This document shows positions 7,916 to 16,471 of a stretch of 64,000 nt of DNA, one piece after another. A program made the position numbers and the translations under genes. Origin of the DNA: Candidatus Limnocylindrales bacterium (GTDB lineage: Bacteria > Verrucomicrobiota > Verrucomicrobiia > Limisphaerales > UBA8199); the NCBI GenBank assembly GCA_035495315.1, contig DATJGF010000229.1, forward strand, positions 105,613-169,612. The letters are read 5' to 3'. A model generated the notes under the pieces. It ran no database searches. It was not told the origin of the DNA and saw nothing but the letters and a program-made list of their open reading frames with translations. Numbering within the stretch: the first letter of the stretch is position 1; each line of letters starts with the position of its first letter.

Positions 7916-8689
7916 ATGAAAAAACTCGTGATCCGCTTACTGATCGCTCTGTTTGTGCTGCTCATCCTCGGGGTCGTCGCGGTGGGTTTCTTCCTCGATG
8001 GCATTATCAAGCGGGGCATTGAAACGGTCGGGCCCATGGTGACCAAAGTGGAAATCAAGCTCGATTCAGTCAGCCTTTCGCTGCTGTCAGGTTCAGGCAA
8101 AATCAAAGGCCTGGTTGTCGGCAACCCGGAAGGCTTTAAGACACCCTCCGCCATCCAAGTGGGCACCGCCAGTTTGGCACTGCAACCGAGCTCGGTTTTT
8201 GGCGACAAGGTCATTATCAAGTCAATCGCCGTGCACGCGCCGGAGATCACCTTCGAGACGGATTTGAAACAGAACAATCTCAGCAAAATCGTTGCTAACT
8301 TACAAGCAACCACCGGCGGCGGCACCTCCACCGCCACGTCCACCAATCAAACCAAAGGAGCCGGTAAAAAACTTCAAGTCGACGATTTCGTCATTTCGGG
8401 GGGCAAAATTCATGTCACCCTAACCACCTTAGGCGGCAAATCGGCAACCGTCCCCTTGCCCGATGTGCATCTGAGTGATCTCGGGAAAGGCCCCGACGGG
8501 ATCACACCCGCCGAATTGGCCAGCCGTGTGCTGCAGGTAATTGAAAAACAGGCCGTGCAGGCCGCCAGTAGCGTCGCGACCGATTTGGCCAAACAAGCGA
8601 CCGATTTGACCAAAGACGCCGGCAAGACCGCCACCAGCGCCGCTGAAAAAGCCACGCAGGGGCTCGGCGGCTTATTAAAAAAGAAATAG
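7916..8689 (+). CDS. membrane-anchored hypothetical protein (AsmA/DUF748-like region)
   Basis: 257 aa. N-terminal TM LLIALFVLLILGVVAVGFF. KVEIKLDSVSLSLLSGSGKIKGLVVGNPEGFKTPSAI...IKSIAVHAPEITFE resembles AsmA-family repeats. Ends 78 nt upstream of the secretin gene. Confidence 0.55.
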   Translation: MKKLVIRLLIALFVLLILGVVAVGFFLDGIIKRGIETVGPMVTKVEIKLDSVSLSLLSGSGKIKGLVVGNPEGFKTPSAIQVGTASLALQPSSVFGDKVIIKSIAVHAPEITFETDLKQNNLSKIVANLQATTGGGTSTATSTNQTKGAGKKLQVDDFVISGGKIHVTLTTLGGKSATVPLPDVHLSDLGKGPDGITPAELASRVLQVIEKQAVQAASSVATDLAKQATDLTKDAGKTATSAAEKATQGLGGLLKKK

Positions 8690-8767
8690 TGTTCGCCGAA
8701 CGGGAAAATTGTGTTGCAATCTGCCGCATCGCCTGAGTGTAATAGGACAGTTCATTCTTAAGTTCTG

Positions 8768-10774
8768 ATGCTTCCACCACCCAGGCTGACCACCACTTTA
8801 CTAGCGACGGCAGTTCCAGCTCTGCTTCTGCTGGGGCTTACCTCGTGTCAAAATCCGCAAACATCCACGCAGAAACCGCCGCCTCCGGCCCGGTACAACG
8901 CCACTTACGATAAAGAGATCAACCATATCATGGAACTGGCCAGCCAGGATCGCTGGGAAGATGCGCAGCGCGAGGTCCAGGCATTGTACCAGCAGGACCC
9001 CACAAACCCGACCCTGGCCCGCATTGATACCTGGGTAAATCAGCAGGCCCAACGACGCCGCGCACAGGCGGTCGAAGATAAGATCCGGAGCATCGACGCC
9101 AAGAATTCTGTCTTTAGCCCGACCATCCGCAGCCTGGCCACCGAACAAAAGGATCGCGGTTTACCCGCGCGCAAAGATGTGCGCGATGCGGTCGATCGGA
9201 TCGAAAACACCCCCTATATCCCCGACACCTACGGCAAGACGATCCACGAGGAAGGACCGCTCTTCGACTTCGAAAGCGCCAAAGGCAGCATGGCAAAAGT
9301 CCTCGAGAAAGAGGTCACCATCCACCTGGACAATGTCCTCCTTGAAGTTGTCCTGATAAGGATCAGTCAAAGCGCCGGCGTTAATATCGTCGCGGACAAA
9401 TCGCTGCCCGCCCTCAAGCAGGTCTTGAGCATTAACCTCGAAAAAGTCAAACTTGGCGAATTCCTGCGCTACACCGCTCGCAATTATGATCTGCAGTTCC
9501 AGGTGGGGCCCGACCTAATCTGGGTCGTCGACGCCAAAGATCCCAAAAAACTGATGGAAGAAACGCGGTTTTACCGTTTGCGCAAGGGCTTCGTTTTGCC
9601 GGCAGAATTCGGCTCGCCTGAGGCGACCAGGACGAAAACGACAGCCAACAACGTGACCACGGAGACCGAGGTCCAAAAGTTCCAAAAATTTGTTAATGAC
9701 CAGGCCCCCGCCTTGCCGTCGATTGAACGCGCGATCACCAACTTATTCACCGGCTCGAAAGCCTTCATCGATTACGAACACAACCTAATCGTCGCGCGCG
9801 GCACGCCCGAACAGCTCGAGGTGATGGAACAAATCATCAAAGAGTTCGACCAGCCTATCCAGCAGGTTCTCATCGAAGCTCGCTTTGTCACCATATCCAA
9901 ACCCGCCTTTCTGCAACTGGGTGTGCTCTGGGAAGCCGATCGCACGGGACAAAGTGTCACCGTCCAAAGCACAACCGTGCCCCAGGACTTTACCGGGCTG
10001 ATTAACGGCCAGAACTTCCCCAGCGCTATCAATCAAAGCGCCACCATTCCCGGAGTGAATCCCGTTGTCGGCATTGGAATTCAAAATGCCTTCACGAAAG
10101 TTTTCGGCGCCAATAACCTGACGGCGACTATCAGCGCGCTGGAACAGAGCGGCGAAAGTCAGACGCTCAGCGCGCCGCGCCTGACGGTGCTCAATAATCG
10201 TCCCGCGATAATCAGCGACGGCAATGTGCAATACTATTATGAGGAATACACCGTCGCCTCGACCGTGCAGCAATATTACACCTCCTCGAGCTGGGTTCCC
10301 AGCGGCAAGCCGACAAAGATCACCGCCGGAGCCGTGTTGCACGTGCTCGCCAGCATCAGCGGAGACGGCAAGAGCATCGTCCTGGCGCTCAACCCGGTGG
10401 TCAACACGGATGTGCAACTGGTGAAATACGCGACCCTCAGCCAGTACGGCGTCGGGACCAACGTCCAGAGCACCTTTGATATCAAACTGCCGCAATACCG
10501 CACCGAGGAAATTGCGACCCGTGTTTCTGTCAAGTCCGGCGAGACGGTCGTCATGGGCGGAGTGTTGGAGCGGGATCGTACCACGTTGGTCGAATCGGTG
10601 CCGGTCCTTGGCGATATACCAATCCTGGGAGCGTTGTTCCGGCGGCGCACCGAATCCGACGTTCCCCGGTACCTGCTTATTTTTGTCACTGCGACCATCG
10701 TTAAGGATACCGGCGAGTTCCTGGTTTACGACGACACGACCGCTCGCACCAATTCGGTGGTCCCGCCGAAATGA
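8768..10774 (+). CDS. secretin (GspD/PilQ family) with lipoprotein signal
   Basis: 668 aa. Lipobox LTSC. N1-type domain NLIVARGTPEQLEVMEQIIKEFDQP. Secretin core SAPRLTVLNNRPAIISDG...VPVLGDIPILGALFRRR...LLIFVTATIV. Confidence 0.9.
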   Translation: MLPPPRLTTTLLATAVPALLLLGLTSCQNPQTSTQKPPPPARYNATYDKEINHIMELASQDRWEDAQREVQALYQQDPTNPTLARIDTWVNQQAQRRRAQAVEDKIRSIDAKNSVFSPTIRSLATEQKDRGLPARKDVRDAVDRIENTPYIPDTYGKTIHEEGPLFDFESAKGSMAKVLEKEVTIHLDNVLLEVVLIRISQSAGVNIVADKSLPALKQVLSINLEKVKLGEFLRYTARNYDLQFQVGPDLIWVVDAKDPKKLMEETRFYRLRKGFVLPAEFGSPEATRTKTTANNVTTETEVQKFQKFVNDQAPALPSIERAITNLFTGSKAFIDYEHNLIVARGTPEQLEVMEQIIKEFDQPIQQVLIEARFVTISKPAFLQLGVLWEADRTGQSVTVQSTTVPQDFTGLINGQNFPSAINQSATIPGVNPVVGIGIQNAFTKVFGANNLTATISALEQSGESQTLSAPRLTVLNNRPAIISDGNVQYYYEEYTVASTVQQYYTSSSWVPSGKPTKITAGAVLHVLASISGDGKSIVLALNPVVNTDVQLVKYATLSQYGVGTNVQSTFDIKLPQYRTEEIATRVSVKSGETVVMGGVLERDRTTLVESVPVLGDIPILGALFRRRTESDVPRYLLIFVTATIVKDTGEFLVYDDTTARTNSVVPPK

Positions 10775-10841
10775 GCCTTCGCCCGCTTGCCGTGTCGTTT
10801 AAAGCGTCGTTCCAACCTAGTCTGTTTTCGTTTGTTTGATC

Positions 10842-12701
10842 ATGCGCACGCAGCCCAAAATCGACCGCATGCGCCCCCCGGTGCGCCGCGTCCTGGCTGT
10901 CGATGGCGGCAACCGCCGACTCAAGTTGCTGCTGGCCGAAAGCGACTTCGGCCGATTCCGCCTGCTGCAGCAAGACATGTTGGATCTGCAAGCCGAAGGA
11001 CTGGTTTCACCGGAAGAGCTTAAGACTCACCTGCAACAATTGCTGAAGGCTTACGGGCGGCCGCCTTTGGCATTGACCCTGCCACAGCACGTTGCGATTT
11101 CCCAGGTTATCGACCTGCCTCAAACGGCAGAAAGCGATGTTGAAAAACTGATTGCAGAGGAAAGCGTCAAACTTGGAGGGGTCACCGATAGCCGAATCAT
11201 TTACGATTTTGTTCGCATTGAGACACCGTCCTACCGCCAGCAATACTGGGTGACCATCTGTCAGGAGGGCGATGTTCGCGATCGCATTCTGAAACTCGGA
11301 GTCGAGAAAGAAGAGATTTGCGAGATCACCACCGTTGCCAACGCCCTTGTCGCCGCATACCGCGCCTCGGCTCCAGATTCCGGCCGCGCGATTCTCGTCC
11401 ATTGCGGCGCTCAGACCACCGTTCTGGTCGTCCTCCTGGCCGGCCAGGGCGCCTTTGCCACCAGTTTCCACATGGGAGGAGATTTCCTCACCCGGGCATT
11501 GGCCCGCCTGCATGACTGCTCGGAAGAGGCGGCCGAAACGCTCAAACGCGACAAGAACTTCCTGACCGGGCCGCAAGCCTCAGGCGAATTTATTGCAGTC
11601 GTGGAAGGTTGGGCGGCGGAACTTAAACGCCAATTAAATGAATGGTTCCAAGCTAATCCGACGCTGGTCGCAGAAGTCGCCACTTTCAAGCTGGTCGCCA
11701 GCGGTGGTGGCTTTGAAATGCCCGGGCTGCTGCCGTTTCTCAAGAGCCACGCCGAACTATCCTTTCAGCCCTGGCCGCGCGAGACCCAACCCGACGCGGT
11801 GGCGCCGGGAAAAGGTTTCGAAGTCGCTTTCGGCACAGCGCTGCAGGCGCTCGGTTACAGTCCCCAACCGGTTTCGTTGTTGCCTGAGGATTACCGATTG
11901 GCGTGGCGCAAGCGCCTGGGACGTCAACGGATCGAGGTGGCCAGCGCGGTGCTGGTCGCGCTTTGTGCGTTGCTCCTGGGGATGGGCACATGGCATAAAC
12001 TCTCGCTGATTAGCACTAAGAAAGCATTGTTGGACAAAGTGCGTGCCGGTCAACGCGCCTTCGACGAAAACGAATCGTTAACTGAGGATCTGCTGAACGA
12101 ATATGAGAACTTGCGGCCACTGTGCGCGGCGCAGCAAAGCACGCTCGACACGCTAAAAACCGTCGCCTTGTTGGAGCAATCCCGCAGCAATCGACCGCTG
12201 TGGTACGTGCTGATCGCCGACCAGCAAAGCTACTTCACCATGCCTCCCGCCCTCTTATCGACGAATCGTCCGGCAAAAACCAACCTGATCGGCGCCGCCC
12301 TCGAAGCCGCCCGCGCCACACCCCTCGGGTTGCGACCTTTCCCCTCTGTCCTGACCAACAGCTCTCCCGCTCGACCAGGGTTGATCGCCGAGCTCTGCGT
12401 GCCGGGCGATTCCGAAACTACCAGGCAAGCCCTAAGTGAATTGGTCAATAATCTGAAACAGCAACTGCTGTTCTCCAAAGTCGATTTGCTCTCTGACGAT
12501 CTCCGGCGAAGTCTGGCCGACCCCAAGGTAACTGTGCCGGATCGCTATTTTGTCCTGTCACTGGATTTCGCCCAAACTGACTTTCAGCAGCCCATCCGGT
12601 ATAAGAAAACCACCGGCTCGGACGTGTTGCGGCCGAACAAACGCCCGAATCGGACCAGTTCAACCCCAGAGGTTGACCCAGGTATGTCGCAGATTCCCTG
12701 A
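10842..12701 (+). CDS. PilM-like actin-fold ATPase fused to a PilN-like transmembrane/coiled-coil segment
   Basis: ATG at 10842; the track ORF starts at TTG 10836. RVLAVDGGNRRLKLLLAE...ILVHCGAQTTVLVV...FHMGGDFLT are PilM-like phosphate and adenosine motifs. A TM segment VASAVLVALCALLLGMGTW follows at about aa 370, then a long periplasmic tail. Confidence 0.75.
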   Translation: MRTQPKIDRMRPPVRRVLAVDGGNRRLKLLLAESDFGRFRLLQQDMLDLQAEGLVSPEELKTHLQQLLKAYGRPPLALTLPQHVAISQVIDLPQTAESDVEKLIAEESVKLGGVTDSRIIYDFVRIETPSYRQQYWVTICQEGDVRDRILKLGVEKEEICEITTVANALVAAYRASAPDSGRAILVHCGAQTTVLVVLLAGQGAFATSFHMGGDFLTRALARLHDCSEEAAETLKRDKNFLTGPQASGEFIAVVEGWAAELKRQLNEWFQANPTLVAEVATFKLVASGGGFEMPGLLPFLKSHAELSFQPWPRETQPDAVAPGKGFEVAFGTALQALGYSPQPVSLLPEDYRLAWRKRLGRQRIEVASAVLVALCALLLGMGTWHKLSLISTKKALLDKVRAGQRAFDENESLTEDLLNEYENLRPLCAAQQSTLDTLKTVALLEQSRSNRPLWYVLIADQQSYFTMPPALLSTNRPAKTNLIGAALEAARATPLGLRPFPSVLTNSSPARPGLIAELCVPGDSETTRQALSELVNNLKQQLLFSKVDLLSDDLRRSLADPKVTVPDRYFVLSLDFAQTDFQQPIRYKKTTGSDVLRPNKRPNRTSSTPEVDPGMSQIP

Positions 12702-12760
12702 GCGCCTGTGCCTTGAACAAAAACGCAGTGAAGGAACGAAATAAAAAATAAAAATCCTGA

Positions 12761-13579
12761 ATGGCTTCTTTTAAGGAGATACGACGCCGGTGCTTGCTCC
12801 CGTTAGCGGGGCTTGCATTGGGCTTGTTTTATCTTCTGGGTTTCATGCCCCTCGCCCATGAAGCCGCCAGCCTGGACGCGCCCTTGAGTGCCGCGTGGCG
12901 CAAATTGGCCGCCTCCATGGGCCAGACCAACGTCTTGACGATTGATTTCCTGCACCTGACCAACCAACTTCACGAGACTCGCCAAGCCCTAACCATCCTC
13001 GAAGATACAAAGAAAAAAGCCGCCGCACGCCTGGAAGTTGCTCCGGAATTGAAGGCAAGGCTCAACGACCCTTTCCAATTGGTCGATTTCCAAAACGAAC
13101 GCAGCAAAAAGATGGATGAATTGGATCGGCTTGCCCGGGAGCGAAAAATCACGATCGAGCCGGCTGTCTTCGCAGGATTCCCGGAGCACACTGTTGAAAC
13201 AAGAGATCCGTCGCTGCTCTGGGCAGCCCTGGCGATGAGCGATGAGCTGCTTTCAACCGCCGTCGCCTGCAAGGTCAGCGCGATTCATTCGCTGGAAGTA
13301 AATCTCGATCTGACTAATTCCGTCCCGTCCGAGCCGGCTCGGCGCTGGACCCAGATACCGGTTCAAATCGAGTTTACCGCCACCGGAAACAATGCCATTA
13401 AGGTGATCCAAAGCCTGCCGCTGCGGGCCGATGAGTTGCGAGCGGCTGGCCTTCCGGAGGCTCCGGCGGAAAAAACGCCGCTTCTGGTCGATCGCCTGGT
13501 CGTCCGCAAAGAATCGCCCGAAAAACTAGACGAGGTTCGAGTCTGGCTGCAGGCTGTCGCCTTCGTTCTTCGGGAATAA
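12761..13579 (+). CDS. PilO/GspM-like bitopic assembly protein (tentative)
   Basis: 272 aa. One N-terminal TM (LLPLAGLALGLFYLLGF), then a coiled coil and an alpha/beta C-terminal domain. Its position between the PilM/N and PilP-like genes supports the call. Confidence 0.5.
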   Translation: MASFKEIRRRCLLPLAGLALGLFYLLGFMPLAHEAASLDAPLSAAWRKLAASMGQTNVLTIDFLHLTNQLHETRQALTILEDTKKKAAARLEVAPELKARLNDPFQLVDFQNERSKKMDELDRLARERKITIEPAVFAGFPEHTVETRDPSLLWAALAMSDELLSTAVACKVSAIHSLEVNLDLTNSVPSEPARRWTQIPVQIEFTATGNNAIKVIQSLPLRADELRAAGLPEAPAEKTPLLVDRLVVRKESPEKLDEVRVWLQAVAFVLRE

Positions 13580-13580
13580 T

Positions 13581-14105
13581 ATGTCGAGCACGCTTGTTCA
13601 AATCCTCCGCGGCCGCCCCTTCGCGGTTGGTGTGCATGTCAGCCTTTGGTTGCTGCTTGGCCTGGTTATGTTCAAGGTCGGCGGCAAAGCGCCGGATTTC
13701 CGCGATTCCGACTCCTTCTCAGCGCCGCCGCAAAACCTGGCGCCGGTGACCACGCTGGGTTCACTGTTTGCCTCGGTCCAATGGCCTACTTCCGCCTCTG
13801 GCGAAGGCCCCAGCCCATTTTTCACGCGGTACTTCGTGCCAGTGCCTTCCCCGGAGCCGCCCCCGCCTACCACGCGTAAAATCGAAGTGACCTACCAAGG
13901 TTATTTCCAGGCCGAAGGCAGCCCGAAAACAGCGATCCTCAAGGTGGGCGATACGTTTGTAGCGGCAGCTGTCGGGTCGGCGCTCGAGACCAACTATTTT
14001 GTCGCCGATGCCACGATGCAGACTCTGACATTGACCAATCAGGCAGCCCAGACGACTCTTCTGCCATTGAATTCGAAAAAGGAAATTGAAGTCCCGATTA
14101 AGTGA
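13581..14105 (+). CDS. PilP/GspC-like bitopic protein (tentative)
   Basis: 174 aa. TM VHVSLWLLLGLVMF, a Pro-rich linker PSPEPPPPTT and a short beta-rich C-terminus. The start is 1 nt after the upstream stop, and the stop overlaps the ATPase start. Confidence 0.45.
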   Translation: MSSTLVQILRGRPFAVGVHVSLWLLLGLVMFKVGGKAPDFRDSDSFSAPPQNLAPVTTLGSLFASVQWPTSASGEGPSPFFTRYFVPVPSPEPPPPTTRKIEVTYQGYFQAEGSPKTAILKVGDTFVAAAVGSALETNYFVADATMQTLTLTNQAAQTTLLPLNSKKEIEVPIK

Positions 14106-15844
14106 ATCCAATGTCGACCACGCCGGTCAAAGAAACAGGAGACCTGTTGTTGGAAGAGGGCAAGTTGACCCAACAGCAGCTGGAACAGGTGCGTCGGCGC
14201 CAGCAACGGCTCAATTTGCCGCAGTATCGGGCGATCGTTGATCTCAATTTCGCGTCTGAGGAAGACACCTGGCGTGCCCTGGCCAAAGCCAACCACCTCG
14301 AGTTCGTAGATCCCCTCGCGATCGAACTTAAGCGTGAGACACTCGAGTTGGTGCCGATCAAAATCATTTTTCATTACCGCTTGCTGCCCCTCGGCCTGGA
14401 AGATGATTGCCTGATACTGGCGTTTAGCGAACCGCCTCGTCAGATGGAACAGGGCAACCTGCGCCTGCTTATAGGCAAACGGTTCCGGATCGTCCTCGCC
14501 ACCCCCAGCGCGATTCACGCCATCATCAAAAAACATTTTGGCCTCGGCGCGGAAACGATTCAAAAATTGCGTGAAGAACGCGGTGGAACCGAGATCAGCC
14601 AGGAGATCGTCTTCGATGTGCAGGGCAAAGAAACCGACTCAGCGCTCGAAGCAACCGTCTCGGCGTTTGTCGATCAAATCCTGCAGGAAGCATTGCGGTT
14701 GAATGCGACCGACGTTCATCTGGAACCGTATGCGAATGCAATCCGGCTGCGCTATCGAGTCGATGGCATTCTCGAAAGCGTTCCTGTCCCCGTCGACATG
14801 CGGCACCTGCATTCGGCGGTCGTGTCGCGCCTCAAAATCATGGCGGGTCTGAACATCGCCGAGAAACGGCTACCGCATGACGGCCGGATCGCGATGAAAA
14901 CCGCCAACGAGGAATACGACTTGCGGGTCTCGATTGTGCCGACCAAATACGGAGAAGGTGTCTGCCTCCGCATCCTGGGCCGTCAAAGCCTCTTTCTGGA
15001 CCTTGGCCAACTCGGGATGGAACCGAATCAGGAGGCCATTTTCGCACAATTGACGCAATTGCCACAAGGCCTTGTCCTGCTGACCGGCCCCACCGGTAGC
15101 GGCAAAACCACCACACTTTATACCGCGCTGGCGCAAGCCAACGACGAGGAGCGCAAGATCATTACGTTCGAAGATCCCATCGAATATCAACTCGAAGGCA
15201 CGGTGCAGATCCAGGTACGGGACCAAATTGGGCTCACCTTCGCGACCGGCTTGCGTTCCGTTTTAAGGCACGACCCCGATGTCGTCTTGATCGGCGAGAT
15301 CCGGGATTTTGAAACCGCTGAGATCGCCGTCCGCGCTGCCCAGACGGGTCACCTGGTCTTCTCAACCCTCCACACTAATGACAGCATCAGTGCAGTCACC
15401 CGCTTGCTCGAAATGCGAATCGAGTCCTACCTGATTGCCGCTTCCCTCGTCTGCAGCATCTCCCAACGCCTCGCCCGCCGGATTTGCCGCCATTGCGCTC
15501 AGGAGGATCGCGATATTACGCCGGAGACTCGCGAGGAAATGGCCGCCGCTCTGAACCTCCCGCCGGACCAGGTAAAAGCCTGGAAAGGAGTCGGCTGCGT
15601 CGAATGCAATCAAAAAGGGCATCGAGGGCGCGTAGCGATTTACGAGTTTTTCCTTGTTAACGAAGCCCTCGCCGACCGGATTCAGCCTGAGCTAAAAACC
15701 GGGGAACTTCGTGGCGCAGCGCGAAAGCTCGGCTGGCGCTCATTGCGAGAGATGGCGTGGTTGAAAGTGCAGCGAGGATTGATTCCCATCAGCGAGCAGG
15801 ACCGCTGGACCCGGCTGATAGACCCGAGTGCGTTGACGCGTTAG
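14102..15844 (+). CDS. type II secretion/type IV pilus assembly ATPase (GspE/PilB family)
   Basis: 580 aa (GTG 14102 or ATG 14111). Has a T2SSE_N-type N-domain, Walker A GPTGSGKTTT, Asp/His boxes and the tetracysteine CRHC...CVEC motif. Confidence 0.9.
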   Translation: MNPMSTTPVKETGDLLLEEGKLTQQQLEQVRRRQQRLNLPQYRAIVDLNFASEEDTWRALAKANHLEFVDPLAIELKRETLELVPIKIIFHYRLLPLGLEDDCLILAFSEPPRQMEQGNLRLLIGKRFRIVLATPSAIHAIIKKHFGLGAETIQKLREERGGTEISQEIVFDVQGKETDSALEATVSAFVDQILQEALRLNATDVHLEPYANAIRLRYRVDGILESVPVPVDMRHLHSAVVSRLKIMAGLNIAEKRLPHDGRIAMKTANEEYDLRVSIVPTKYGEGVCLRILGRQSLFLDLGQLGMEPNQEAIFAQLTQLPQGLVLLTGPTGSGKTTTLYTALAQANDEERKIITFEDPIEYQLEGTVQIQVRDQIGLTFATGLRSVLRHDPDVVLIGEIRDFETAEIAVRAAQTGHLVFSTLHTNDSISAVTRLLEMRIESYLIAASLVCSISQRLARRICRHCAQEDRDITPETREEMAAALNLPPDQVKAWKGVGCVECNQKGHRGRVAIYEFFLVNEALADRIQPELKTGELRGAARKLGWRSLREMAWLKVQRGLIPISEQDRWTRLIDPSALTR

Positions 15845-15984
15845 TCTAGAACGTGAAACGTTAAAGCCTTAAAAGGTGAAAACGTTAGAACGTTAAAAAG
15901 GGCGGAGAATTTATCGTAAGTTTGGAAACTGCGTGGAGATCCACGTTTTAACGTTCTAACGCCTTAACGTTTTAACGTGTTTAC
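15845..15984. repeat. long AACGTT-rich imperfect palindrome at a convergent junction (probable bidirectional terminator)
   Basis: Perfect 16-bp stem CGTTAGAACGTTAAAA (15883-15898) / TTTTAACGTTCTAACG (15946-15961). Further imperfect pairing lies outside the stem and a small inner hairpin CGTGG-AGAT-CCACG lies inside. Confidence 0.65.
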
Positions 15985-16253
15985 GATTTGCTCTTGGCCG
16001 CTTCTTCCTTTTTCCACGTGCGCTTCGGCGCCTTGATGACCAGCCCCTTCTTGATTGCGGCCGTCGAAACGCGCACATAACGCACCTCGCCGTCGATGAC
16101 GGCCTTGACCCGCTGAAGGTTGGGAAAGAAGCGCCGTTTCGTGATCGCCGTCACGTGAGTACCGATACCGCCACTTTTCTTGGATTTACCACTGCGCCAG
16201 ATGATACTGCCCTTCATCGGACGTTTGCCGGTCAATTCACAAATTCGCGCCAT
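15981..16253 (-). CDS. rpmB: 50S ribosomal protein L28 (PVC/Chlamydia-type with internal basic insertion)
   Basis: Start at [15 protein letters not shown] (ATG 16253). ...[25 protein letters not shown]... Confidence 0.85.
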   Translation of the reverse strand: [90 protein letters not shown]

Positions 16254-16471
16254 ATAAGATCCTGTAAAAGAGGGCGGGAAAATACGCCAGGGAGTGACCT
16301 GTCGCAAGCATTAATTCGATGCAGTTCTGGCAAACTCGCGAGAAAAGGCCCAAAAATCCCCATGATCGTGCATTTTTCGCACTCACTTTGATTGGCAACC
16401 AACAACCCATCGCACCGCAGCCTCAGTTTCCTCGTGCCTTCCCAAAAGACTTGGCTATCTTGCCTCGCTTC

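Noticed and set aside
9785-10495. 236-aa antisense ORF inside the secretin gene. Similar long antisense or alternate-frame ORFs occur at 40748-41359 (in ftsH), 47956-48573, 53648-54445, 24190-24693, 30006-30515, 30516-31028, 11007-11576 and 60062-60859.
   Set aside because: Each lies opposite to, or out of frame with, a gene carrying strong family motifs. Their compositions (Arg/Gly/Pro/Ala-rich) are typical of GC-rich shadow ORFs, and they have no recognisable domains.
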